A stretch of DNA of 64,000 nucleotides from an uncultured Nitrospinota bacterium (GTDB lineage: Bacteria; Tectomicrobia; Entotheonellia; J063; CAVPRW01). The stretch lies in contig CAVPRW010000032.1 of the NCBI GenBank assembly GCA_963707985.1, positions 64,001 to 128,000 on the forward strand, written 5' to 3'. Below the pieces are notes generated by a model. The model saw nothing but the letters and a program-made list of their open reading frames with translations. It was not told where the DNA came from and searched no databases. Positions 1-11,212 of the stretch are shown here, one piece after another. Each line of letters starts with the position of its first letter. Within the stretch, counting starts at the first letter, position 1. The translations under genes and the position numbers were made by a program.

Positions 1-810
1 TTTCGCCTGCATGTCCATATCCGGGTGCTTACTCGAGTTCCTGCGCCAGAGCGAGAGGCCATCGGCAACAGGCCCGAAGCTATCCATCGCTTTAGGCGCT
101 GATGTGCCACACTCATTGCCTCGGGGACGAAGATTGGCATGCACACGATCATCACCCTAGGCAAACCCATAGCTGCCGACCCGGCACAGGACCACTGCGC
201 TGCTGCGGCATGGATTCCTGCCACAATGGGTATGGCAGAGTCATGCTGTGTCGCAGCAGCTGACCCACTTTACCACGGATATGGCTCTGCACAGCAGCAT
301 CTGTTGAAAAACTGGTGCGGCCTTTGTGCTCATATAGCACTTATAGCATTAGGTGGGATTAGGCTTCCAGTGGCGAGGTAGCCGAGGTAAAATATTGGCT
401 CTCGCTGAGGTTCTGCTGGCGAAAGGTTGCGGCGCGGGTGGGATTGCCACGGCTGGCAATGACTGCAACTGGATCAGGTCATGGGCATCGCTGCCGCCGG
501 TGAGAATTCTTCGCCAAGCGGATGCGAAGAATTCTGGGAGCGGGTGGTGTGGAGGGGTTAGGAAAGGTCCTAACCCTGTTCCGTGAGTAAGCGTGACAAT
601 AGCAGGGCTTCGCCCCATCCCGTCTTTTTCTGTGCTGAGGGGGCCAGGGCCATCGTCGGCCCCTGGGGGACGCCCCTCGGACAGGCCATGTCATCACAGT
701 ATTCACCTTCAATATCATTGAGTTAGATAGAGACACCGAGACGTTTGGTGAGCCGCTCTGGCGCATTCACCATTCCAGTGAGCGGTATCACCTCGACATG
801 TGACGAAAGG

Positions 811-1293
811 ATGAAACAGAGCACCATGACTGAAGAACGAGCAACACCAGAAAATCGCCCTCATGATTGCGCAGGGCGCGACAAACAAAGCGACGGCGGA
901 AGCCTGTGAAGTGTCCACTGGAACACCATCACCCGCTCGCTCCAGAAGCCGTTCATGAGAAAGAGCTGATCGAAGCGGCCAAGGCCGAAATGGCGGTCGC
1001 GCTGGCGGAGGTGAGGACGGAGCTGCCGAAGATGGTAGCGGAGAAGGCGGCGAAGACCCTGGCAGCCCGTTTTGATGAAGCTAGCACCCAGAGCGACTGA
1101 GCGCATGAACGAATTAATGGAGCAGGAGGAGAACCTGACAGTGTCTCTGAAAGCTAGCCAGGACATCCTGAATAGGAGCGAGAGCGCTCCAAAAGTTGTG
1201 TTACACGCTGAGACCAAGAGCGAGTCTACCGAGCGGCGCATCATTATCGACGCCCAGTGGCTACGCCAAATGCATCTTGGCCGTGCCCCGTGA
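811..1293 (+). pseudogene. Phage-type HTH protein (terminase small subunit-like), broken by several frameshifts
   Basis: Joining frames gives EQHQKIALMIAQGATNKATAEACEVHWNTITR (HTH-like), then a helical region, then VSLKASQDILNR. ORF pieces 867-1100 and 1072-1293. Confidence 0.4.
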
Positions 1294-1486
1294 GCTGATC
1301 GATGTGACCCCAGAAACGCCTGAACTCCCGGAGAGATTCCGGGGAATGGTCGCCTCGGACGAGGAATAGTGAGTGCGGCGCATAGAAGATAGCGGGCGCG
1401 AAGGGTGACGCACTCTTCGTTTTGGGGCTTTTGGGCGTTGTGGCGCGAGGCCATGCGCTCGAAGGCATCACAAGGAGGAAGGTAAA

Positions 1487-2280
1487 TCATCGAGGGGGAG
1501 AGGTTTTCCTCCCTCCCGATCGGTGTTTACGCTTAAGAGCCGAACAGTCCACGAAGATCACAGCGGGTGCATTGGCCTGACCGAAGTGAGTAGCCAGGGC
1601 GCTCTCGACCAACCGGGTTAAGCGGTTGCGGACGCGCCAGTAGTTGAAAAAGTGCAACACAAAAAGCACTACCAATGAAACGAGAGGGGGCCAATCTTGC
1701 GATAAAAACTCTTGCCAAGAAGACGGCCGCGGCGGGGGGCACCACCAGTAGGGACACCACCAGTAGTAGACAACACCCCAGGCCAGTCCTGCGCACATAA
1801 ATGCCATAAACCCAGCTCCCAGGCCGTGCATGAGGTCGCTCAGTGCATCTATCCGGCGTACAAGGGTCTCTCCGATTTTTGTAATCTATTCCCGGTTCCC
1901 CCTGGCCGATACCATAAAATGGTGATCACATCCTCTGCTGCCTCACGGGTCAAACGTTCTCCTACTACGTCGGGCCTCTCTGCATAGGCCACTAACTTGA
2001 GCCATCCATGGGATAGAGCCGCCTTCACAAACCCCCTGTGGTCAATCCCATACCACTTGCACCACCAGAATAAGCAATGGTGTGCGAGACTAACAGGTAG
2101 CCGAGCCCTCCCGCCAAGGCAACGAGCAAAGCGATAAGACCTGCACTGTTAGCCCCCGGCGGTGTGAGCAGACTACTGATTAGATATCTCTTTGGGGTCA
2201 TGAGGGGCCAGCAAGGCGACTTCAGCCAGAAATACCAAGGCAGGGACGACATAGCGGAGGAACCGTCGTGTCTCGTCCAT
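1487..2280 (-). CDS. Hypothetical multi-pass membrane protein, frameshifted in this sequence
   Basis: ATG at 2280 reads MDETRRFLRYVVPALVFLAEVALLA. Hydrophobic segments continue in ORFs 2025-2252 and 1487-1831. Confidence 0.45.
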
Positions 2281-2490
2281 AGAGTGCTCTTCGCCTCAGA
2301 CGATGCCCGAGTCTGCCTACCGGGTCGGGATACGAGCGCTTACTGTAGGGCAGGCTAGGTAGGGAGTCAAGGGCACGATGAACGAGGCGAGCGGGTGTTT
2401 GATTTTCCCCAGAGGCAAGCATACAATCCTGCAGCGGTACTCGTCCGAGATCAGTGACAACAGGCATTAGAAGTCCAGTGGGGAGTTGAG

Positions 2491-3401
2491 GTGAGAGAGC
2501 GCAAGAAGATTTCAGGCAATGTAGTTGCGGAGGTGCTAGAAATCTCGAAACGACGATGTTGCATCTGCGTCGCTCTTCGGCATGACCTAAGCGAGAAGAA
2601 AGGACAAATTGCCGCACTTGGATCGTGATCCCTCGAACAATGATCCCGACAATCTGGCCTTCCTCTGCCTGGAGCACCACGATCAGTACGACAGCCGTCC
2701 GAGTCAGTCGAAGGGGTTCACACCAGAAGAGGTGAAGCGCTACCGGACCGCTCTACCTGGGGCGCTCACAGCAAGGCCCAGTTCCGGCCTGCCTGGATGT
2801 GCGCGTCCAGGCCAGTGCTGCGCTGGCTGGGGTGCGCCCAGGTTCGGCAGAGGCTGTTTTGGCCATTCGCGTGGGGAACTACTGCCCTAACTCGGTCTTT
2901 ATCAGGAAAATCAGCCTAGAGCTTGCGGACAGGAACACGCTGTTCTTCCCTCTCGACTATCTTACCAACGAGCTGAACACACGCCGTGAACTCAAGACAG
3001 GCGAGAGCTGCGGCTTTCATATCTCCCTTCTAGGACTCTTCAGTGATGGGCGCACTCCTGAACAGTTCGTGGGTGTCCATGCGGTTGACGACATCGACCG
3101 AACCTTCCGCTTCGAGGGAGAGGAGTTCAACAAGATCATAGAGGCGCTCTACGCGACGCACGTCCGAGTAGGCGAGGAGCATACTTTGAGCCAGGGCTTG
3201 CAAGCACCTGTGTCCTGTGGTGTTCCGGCTTCCGGGTGCAGCGAGCGCGGAAGCGGTGCAGGTCTTTGCAATAGAGCGGTGAAGAGGGTTAATTGCTCTT
3301 CTCTCCTTGCCTTCACTATGCCTTCAGCTTACAAGGACTTAATGGCAAGATTCAGGATCGTCTTGTTTTCTTACTGGACACTAGTCCTAAAATCACGATA
3401 A
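2491..3401 (+). CDS. HNH endonuclease with uncharacterised C-terminal domain (two frameshifts; true stop may be TAG at 3169-3171)
   Basis: GGGAG RBS and GTG at 2491. RRCCIC...GQI(A)HLDRDPSNNDPDNLAFLCLEHHD is a Zn-binding HNH core. Continues into ORF 2799-3401. Confidence 0.7.
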
Positions 3402-4791
3402 AGCTTCTGGATATGTTTCATGGGGTCGCCACTCGAACCCTTTGTCTGCAACATAAGTACCATGTCCTTGTCGGACAGAACCAAAATGATCTTTTTCGGA
3501 TTCGAGTCATTGTACACAGAAAAACATTTCTTTAATTGTGGTTCCTGTAGGGGCTTCCGCGTCACAATAAACCCCACGCGACCTAGCCGGTCTCCAAGAT
3601 AAGTGGCGGTCTGGTTTAAGTGCTCATTTTCCAGTGACCCGGTGTTTTTAGCTTCAAACATAATTAGAAATGAGGAATGCTCTTGACGAAGATATGCCCA
3701 AAATGACCTATCTGAATCGTTTGGTAAAAATGATGTCCCTCCGCTCTGTTCCATCATGTGTACGGACTTCCATTGAACCATCAATCAGTTCTGGATTGAA
3801 CAGGAAATTCAGGATTTCCAAAACTATGCGCTGAAAAGATGATGCGTATTCCTTACCTGTTGGAATGACTTCCAGCCGACCCTGTAATTCTATCGTTTCA
3901 GAAGACAAACTATTCTGGGCAAGATAGGGAAGGCTCGGCTGAGCTTCTGCAGCCGCCCCCTCCTTCGCTGACACGTAGCGCTCAACCCGCTCAACGTCGC
4001 GCCGTGCGATTTGGGCAACCGTCTCTTTGGAAAGCGGTCCTGACTGAACTGTCGGATCGCCTTTCTCGCTCAACCTCTGACGAACTCGCTTTGCACGAAG
4101 GTAGCTCGAAAACTCCATGCGCAGAAAGTCGTTATAATTTATCCAGGGAAGTGTTCGAACGACCCTTCGGGGGACTAGGAGAATGGGCATTCCATCGTGA
4201 GGACTCACAGGTAGATCGAAGTAGCCATCGTGCCACTCCATATCACGCCTACTCAACACGTGATGCACGGGCACGCCAGACACAAGTGAGATGTTCCACA
4301 TCCCACACTGTCTTTGTGTATAGCCGATGAGAAACTCCTTCAGGACGTTTGCAGCGATGTCGCTCACCCGGTCAGGCCCTATGTGCGCAGAATAAAGCTG
4401 CATTTCCTCTATATGTCTTACCCCCTTTTGAAGGAGGGGCTTTGAGTCCGCAAGCGTCTCTATGATGAGTTCAGTCAAGAATGTTCCTACACCTGAACCG
4501 CGTTTCCCTTTTCTTCGTATATCCAAGACCAATTTCTGGAACTTCTGGAAAGCTGAACAACCGCCGGGCCGCATTAATGTCACCTTCGCGCACATACTCG
4601 ATCCCAGCATTGAAGACCTGCAAGAGTATTAAGTGGAGATTTGATAGCTCAGGGCTCCTGCTCTTATAGAGCAAGAAGGGATCGATGCCAAGAGGCAGGT
4701 CAATCCCCATTCTTGGGATGACAAAATCTACTGCTGCTTGCGCTACACTCCGCAGCAATGGGGTATTCGGAGAAAGGTAATCCCTATTCAT
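3371..4791 (-). CDS. Predicted PD-(D/E)xK nuclease with large uncharacterised N-terminal domain (~472 aa after removing two extra A bases)
   Basis: ORFs 4471-4803, 3708-4610 and 3371-3784 join at A-runs (~4510, ~3725). C-terminal ERRDIIFTND...IMFEAKN...LNQTATY is Mrr-like. N-terminal motifs DLPLGIDPFLL and HIEEMQL..IGPDRVSD. Confidence 0.7.
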
Positions 4792-5474
4792 AGTCGTTCT
4801 CAAAATAGGCTGTTAAGTCGGTACGGTCCAGCTTGTTGAAGTCGAATCGGTGCGGGAAACTATCCGTTTGCCATGCCGACGGAACAACAACTCCCCGCTT
4901 TTTCAGTTCACCCTCATCGAGCCAATAGTCGCGCTCCGAAAACAAGTGAAGAACCCCACTTATGGCTTTGGCTTCGTTCAACAATCTCGACGTTTGTACG
5001 GACAAAGCCTGCAGTTGCTTTTCGTATCGATCAAGTCCCTGGCGAATCATTCGAAGGACGATGACTGCATCTCGATGTTGGGGATTGTCCCCTGCTGGAA
5101 TAAACTCTGCCAGTTTCTGCACGAACTGGTCACCTGCGATAAGTTGTTTCACCTCACTAATAAGATCGTTGGCCTGCACCAGCGCAAGATCAGTCAGCGG
5201 CTCCGCCGGTGCCTTCTTGCAAAGCTTGTCCAGTTCCTCATAGAGCCCCGAGGCAACGCTTTTAAGGAGTCCGAGTTGCTTGGAATTGGATGCATTTAAC
5301 TGTGCTTGGGCCTTCAGTCGAGGTACGGCAAGCGTCACCTGCTCAAGTTGGTCGAGACCTCCGTTGCATCTCCTCAGCATCGACTTCTTCCAATTCCTCC
5401 TCATCTTCGTCATCTTCTGGATAATCTTCCTCGAAACTGTCTTCAGGGGGCTGCTGGCGATTGCGCGCTGCCAT
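4784..5474 (-). CDS. Hypothetical helical/coiled-coil protein with highly acidic N-terminus (one frameshift at ~5357)
   Basis: AAAGGAGG RBS and ATG at 5474. MAARNRQQPPEDSFEEDYPEDDEDEEELEEVDAEE joins ORF 4784-5413. Stop overlaps the next start (ATGAATAG). Confidence 0.7.
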
Positions 5475-5583
5475 GGTACCTCCTTTGCCTACTTGAACCG
5501 CCACCCTTGAGAAATTCGGGCGGTATCCCGTTCCAGTAGAGGCTGCCTGTCCACTGCATCCCATTGCTGGCTGCCTTATCACG

Positions 5584-6558
5584 TTATTGGTGATTGTCCG
5601 TCTCACGTGTCACGGAAGCGAGCTGGGAGAAGTCAAGCCGGAGCAAACGCTCAATAGCGCATTCTTCACACAAACCGTCGGCTGCCAGCGCAAGCACTGT
5701 AGCTGCGTCCAATGTAGCGTTACCAGAGATTTCATGGTCTGCGGTCATGTCGTGCCACTCCACCTCGACCACTTTACTTTGAGGGGCGAGGCTGGTGTCG
5801 TCGTGCCCATCTCGAAGCGTCGTGTAAAAGCCTAACGATTGCACTCCACCAAGCAGGCAGAGGAGCTTAGAGGCAGGAAAGCCGGTATAGCGGCGTAGGA
5901 GATCAATGTTTATGTGGGCGTTATCCGGAAGCCCTGCGGGACATGCCTGCAAGAACACCATTAATACGGCTCGACGTTCGTCTGGATTCATGCGCGTCAG
6001 GGCTTTGAAGAAGTCGTAGGCGCGCCCTTTAATGTGGCTGCGTGCTCGTGTGGATCGCGCCTTCACATAGGCAAAGAGTCTGTCCGGAATTGGCGGAAAA
6101 TAGTCCTCTCTTTGGCGCTTGCCGAGTTTCTGCTCGATCAGATCAGCGAGCTTCTCAGCACTCATGCCTCGGAGATCAACTTCAGCCACAGTCGGTCGTA
6201 GGCCAGGAATCTTGGTGGAGTCGAACCGAGCAGGCAGGAGGTATTCGGCGTGCTGCCGGATCGCACGGGCTTGCGCGCTCTCGCGTTCATGATTCGTCCA
6301 GACTTTCTTCGCGTAGTGTTTCGAGGCGAAAAGAACGCAAAAGCGGGCGGCATTTTGGTACACGTCATCGAGATGGGTATAGAGGTCTTTGCCCCACAGA
6401 TCGGCTTGAGCGTACTCGTCAAAGAAGACACGCACGCCGCGAGTACGAAGCCCCTCAGCAACCTCGCGCACATAGGCCCGATCCTCGCCTGCGAAGGAAA
6501 GGCAGACATCATACTCATACGACCGAGCGGCACGACCGTCTTTAACTCTCAGACGCAT
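5584..6558 (-). CDS. TIR domain protein (TIR_2) with uncharacterised C-terminal domain
   Basis: YDVCLSFAGEDR..VFFDEY..LWGKDL..SKHYAKKVWTNHE..LPARFD; the catalytic-position Glu is present. Confidence 0.9.
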   Translation of the reverse strand: MRLRVKDGRAARSYEYDVCLSFAGEDRAYVREVAEGLRTRGVRVFFDEYAQADLWGKDLYTHLDDVYQNAARFCVLFASKHYAKKVWTNHERESAQARAIRQHAEYLLPARFDSTKIPGLRPTVAEVDLRGMSAEKLADLIEQKLGKRQREDYFPPIPDRLFAYVKARSTRARSHIKGRAYDFFKALTRMNPDERRAVLMVFLQACPAGLPDNAHINIDLLRRYTGFPASKLLCLLGGVQSLGFYTTLRDGHDDTSLAPQSKVVEVEWHDMTADHEISGNATLDAATVLALAADGLCEECAIERLLRLDFSQLASVTRETDNHQ

Positions 6559-7154
6559 AGAGACTCCTCACAGAGACAGTGAACGGGAATAGAGGAGCAA
6601 ACGGATACTGCGGGGCCAAGCAGGCGACAACTTTTTGGGCCTCAGTTGATCACGAGGATTCTATGACGGACTCTGAAAAAGAGTAGCACCGACTCTAAAA
6701 ATTGTAAAGGGCTGACGCCAGATTTCTTTTTCGTAGTCCATCAAGAGCCCCCGCGCAGCATCTCGCGCTAGGGCACGCTGGACGGAGCGCAGCGAACCTT
6801 GGAACGGTGCATTGGCGAGGCCCGACGTGGGAACGGCTGACGAACGACGCCCCTTGCATCCCCTGAACGCCCGACCGCTGACAGCGGCGTAGGCGGGGAA
6901 TCACCCCGTCGGCGCTCGCGACCCCCAGTACTAACTCGGTAGCTCCAGGCTGCCCGTGCTCGCTGCGCTCGATTCGCGTTGATGTGTTGGTGCGTGAAGC
7001 CTGACGGGGCGGTGGAAGAGGAGAGTCTTTGCGATCGGGAGGTGAGGGCGTGGCCTCTTGCGCGTCGCCGCATGCCTGGCGGCTGCATCACGAATACAAC
7101 TGATCAACCCCCGTAATGCTGTGCCAGTGTCCTAGCGGCCATAGACGCGAACGA

Positions 7155-7210
7155 CCAGAGGGGAGAACCCTTCTGGACTCCCCGCAGAGGCCAGAGGGCA
7201 GAGGTCAGTG
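7155..7210 (-). promoter_or_regulatory. CCTCTG short repeats plus GC hairpin just after the CLec stop codon (DGR IMH/hairpin-like cis element)
   Basis: Minus strand: CACTGA CCTCTG CCCTCTG GCCTCTG ... CCAGAAGGG-TTCT-CCCCTCTGG (9-bp stem, 1 mismatch, 7155-7176). Confidence 0.55.
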
Positions 7211-7219
7211 TATCAACGG

Positions 7220-8493
7220 CTATGAAGCAAGGAACACCACGACCCGAAACCCGATGCTCCTGCCCCGGTTGTGCGGGTAGACCCTGCAGCGCCAGGCACA
7301 CCGCACATCTCTGCGGCCGTTGTGGAACGCGCCGCCCCGCACCACACGGTGTACCTCTCGGGCGGCTAGGTGTTCACGACCATCGTTGGCCTGTACGGAT
7401 AGGGGTTGTCTGGCTTCCGCGATTCTCGTCCCCACAGGCTCCGCGTCCACTCCCAGACGTTGCCCACCATGTCCAGCACTCTATAGGGACTGGCTCCTTC
7501 GGGGTGGGCTTCGGACACGTACGTGATCTTTCGCAAGTGGTTTTCCCCTGAGTTGCAACGTGTGGCATCCCACTGGTCGCCCCATGGGAAGATATAGCCA
7601 TCCGTGCCGCGAGCTCCCTTCTCCCATTCGGCTTCGCTGGGCAGTCCGTAAGCCTCTCCTCGTCACCGCTGACAGCCACTGGCAGTAGTCTCTGGCATCA
7701 TACCAGGTGACGTTCACCACTGGGTGATCGTCCTCTCCATGTGGGGGAGTCCTATTCGTCCGACCCGCAGGCTCATGGCGGCCAGTCGCTGTCACAAAGG
7801 TCCCGTACTGCCTCTGGGTTACCGGCGTTTTCGCCAGGTAGTAGTCCGGCAGAGAGAGGCGATGTTGGGGTTGCTCTTCTTCCAGGGCATCCTCATCATG
7901 CTGAGGGTCACTGCCCATGAGGAACTCCCCCGCAGGGATGAGGACCATCTCGGGCTCGAAGGGCTGATGAGGGGTGACAAGCTTCTGGGGCGTAAGGGAC
8001 GGGAGGCCCTCTTTTGAGCCTTCTTGCATGGGGGGAATGGGCCGACTGACTGCCTCTTTGATGCTCTGGGCAATCTTCACCAGCTCCGCATTCACCTGTG
8101 CGGGGCTCAGGGAGTCTAGCGGCTTGGCTGGGTCATTGGCGGCCTGATAGGCTGCGATGGGCGTCTCCGTGTACAGGCTGGCGCTCACCGCCACCCACAA
8201 GATCGTGAGCCCTTCCTCTTCGGCGGCCTTCAGCAGGGGCGGCAGCTCATCGTTGGCAATAAACTCTGAATAAAGGAAGTTGGGGCTCACCAAGAGCACC
8301 GCCACCTTGGCTGCCGCGAGCCCCTTCTGGATCTCCTCCCGCCACTGGCTTCCGGCTTTGATCTGGGTGTCATCCCAGACGGTGATGGTCTGCGTGCGGG
8401 TAAGGGGCGCAGCATGATCTGGAGTCGCTTCAGCCACTCCGCATCCTCATGACTATAGCTGATGAAGACTTGGGTACGCTCTGGGGCAGGCAT
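7220..8493 (-). CDS. TIR_2 - FGE-sulfatase (C-type lectin fold) fusion protein, several frameshifts
   Basis: [33 protein letters not shown] (TIR). [55 protein letters not shown] (FGE/CLec). Confidence 0.85.
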
Positions 8494-9271
8494 GGGGTCC
8501 CCGTGACTGAGGCAGGCCGGAGAGGTGAACCTGATGGGCAGTGCTGCGTTGGGAGCGATTCTAGCAGACACGGGCGCTGGGGAGCAATAAGGGGTATGAG
8601 AGCGCCTGGAAACGGCAAAGAAGCGGACGAACCGCATGATGGATAAATTCGTGCGTGAAGGGAACGTCCCCGGCATGCGAGCCAGGGATGAGTACTGACT
8701 TTTCCGCTCCGTTATCACGGCCAAGATTTATGCGGCCTCCAGGGGAAAGCCCCATGAAAGTACTTGTTACTCAAGGATTTTCGCCCATGATGTCCAACGT
8801 TTCCATGTCACAGTTGACGGTCCCGAAACCCCCCGAACCCCGTTTGCCTCCCTGTCAGCTTTACCTGGGGGTACGGGTAAACGAAACCATGCCAAAAAAC
8901 GTCTTTAATTTCACGAGCTTTCATGGACCATCAGCCGCTCGCCCGTATGGATGGCGGCTTCTAACGAGGAGCGGAAAAGTCAGAGTAATTGATTTGGGCT
9001 CCTTCGGTGGCCAAATTCTGCAGTATATGTGTATATAAGGTCTGCCGCAGGTTTTGGCCACCTCCCCGAGCCGAGCGCCAGCGAGGCGAGCCACATAATG
9101 GTGAGGCCCGGACATTGAAAATTTTATTGCGCGTGTATTTGAGCTCGCTCATCTGGGAAGCCCTGGGGCGCAAGGGCTGGAGTGGAATAGTGAGCCGACT
9201 TCGATTTTTACTGCGCGGATTTTTCGGGATCTTCCCTCCAGGCGAAAAGTGCCTGCTGGGGGTCCCCCCGG

Positions 9272-10618
9272 CTTTCTGGGGTAGGTTTTTTGACGTATGA
9301 CGGTACGACACACTGGAAGAGATGACAAGACACCCCTCCGTAGGGAATCATATAGGAGGTTGCCTAAATCCCATAATCCCAAGGAGGACACCGATGTCTT
9401 GCCACCCCCGTGTGACTGAATGGACCTATACAATCCAGGGCCACCTACCCCACTTGACCAAACCGTAAGCCACGGTGCTGGCGCTGTGGAGTCTGGGCAT
9501 GGTCCTGGCCCGCTCGTGCGCCCTGCCCGCTGTCAGTGCGTTCCTGGCCCCGTGGCTGGGTCGCCAAGAGAATACCGTGCGCCAGCAGTTGCGCGAGTTC
9601 TGCTACGAAGCCGCCGCCAAACGCGGGACCGCACGCTGTGCTCTCCGTGTGGAGCGCTGCTTTGTCCCCCTGCTGGCCTGGGTCGTGAGCCTGTGGCAGG
9701 GCACCCAATTGGCCCTGGCCCTGGATGCCACCACCTTGGGCACGCGTTTTACGGTCTTGGTGGTGAGTGTAGTCTATCGCGGCTGCGCCATCCCTGTGGC
9801 CTGGGTCGTCCTGTCGGCCACGGCCACCCATGCCTGGCGTCGCGAGTGGTTGCGCCTGCTGCGCCAGGTGCACCGGGCGGTCCCCCGATCGTGGACGGTG
9901 ATCGTGCTGGCCGATCGTGGCTTGTACGCCCGCTGGCTGTTTCGGCGCATCACCCGCCTGGGCTGGCATCCATTTTTGCGCATCAACACCGGCGGAACGT
10001 TTCGTCCTGCCGGCCGCGTCCACGGGGTGCCGCTGAAGACCTTGGTGCCCCAGCCGGGCACCTCCTGGCAGGGCACGGGCATCGCCTTCAAAGGTCGCCA
10101 TCGCCAGCTCCACTGTACTCTCCTGGCGCGATGGGAGGCCGGCTACAAGGATCCGTGGTTGATCCTGACTGATCTGCCGCCGGAAGCCAGTACGGCCTGT
10201 TGGTATGGGTTGCGGGCCTGGATTGAGCAAGGCTCTAAGATCACCAAACGCGCTGGCTGGCAGTGGCAGCGCACCCACATGACCAAGCCCGACCGGGCCG
10301 CCCGCCTGTGGCTGGCCGTCGCCGTGGCCACCTTGTGGCTGCTGAGCGTCGGGGGCGAGGCGGAAGAGACCATCCCGGCGAGCACGGTCCTCGACGTCAC
10401 GGCCCTCATCTTCCAGCAACCGCGGACGCGGCGTGCCACACGCCTGCGGCTGGTGAGTGTCTTTCGCCGAGGCTGGAACCTGATCCTGGTGGCGTTGCTC
10501 GACCAGGCACCGTTGCCCCTGGGCCGCGTGAGGCCTCAGGCAGCAAGAGCGACCGGGACATGCATGAGGGGAACAATATGGGCATAATGACTACTATCAA
10601 AAAACCTACCCTAGAAAG
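9272..10618 (+). mobile_element. IS4-family insertion sequence
   Basis: 22-bp terminal IRs with 1 mismatch (9272-9293, 10597-10618). 11-bp target duplication GGTCCCCCCGG (9261-9271, 10619-10629). Confidence 0.85.
9394..10587 (+). pseudogene. IS4-family DDE transposase with early in-frame TAA
   Basis: MSCHPRVTEW..HLPHLTKP*ATVLALWS; LALDAT, VLADRG and RAWIEQ DDE motifs. Confidence 0.8.
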
Positions 10619-11212
10619 GGTCCCCCCGGAGGGAGATACGCACTGCCCCACGCGCCCTGCTCCGCTTCGCTGCGCAGCCACTGGAACGAGGGTAGGCCGC
10701 TGTCACCATCCCCCTCACGTTCCGCGCCCAGGCGCTGAGGCCGTCTGCCGTTGGCCCACGAACGCTGGAGCCTTCGGCCTGGGAAGCCGATGAAGAGAAG
10801 GTAGGTGATTCTCCTCTTCCACAGCCTGCGCCGGAACCGGACCAGGGAGCCGGAGCCCAGGGAGAAGACCCTGAAGGGACTAGCCTCCTTCCTTGTGCTG
10901 ATCAGAGCCCGCGCCTGACTCACCAGGTTGCCCCAGGTTGAACGATCTCCCCTCAGTCCATACCCGAACACATAGCCACGAAGGAATGCCGCTTCGCGGC
11001 GATGGAGCAGAAGAAGTGATGGTAACGCTCAGTCACTCTCTATATCAGAGATTATCTCTTATTCTAATTCTGTCAGATGAACAGTATCATATTGATAGAT
11101 TGCGCTTCAAGGAATATATATAACGTATGTACGCACGCAATTGGCGTGATGTAGTGAAACAATAAAGATATTCAAGAGTCTAGGTCTGGAGTAAAGGAGG
11201 AATTAGAGAGAC

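Noticed and set aside
2280..7200. Island genes as integron cassettes
   Set aside because: No intI, no convincing attC R''/R' box pairs in the spacers, and orientations are mixed.
8500..9260. Several short overlapping ORFs upstream of the TIR-CLec gene
   Set aside because: No recognisable motifs in any frame; probably a degraded remnant.
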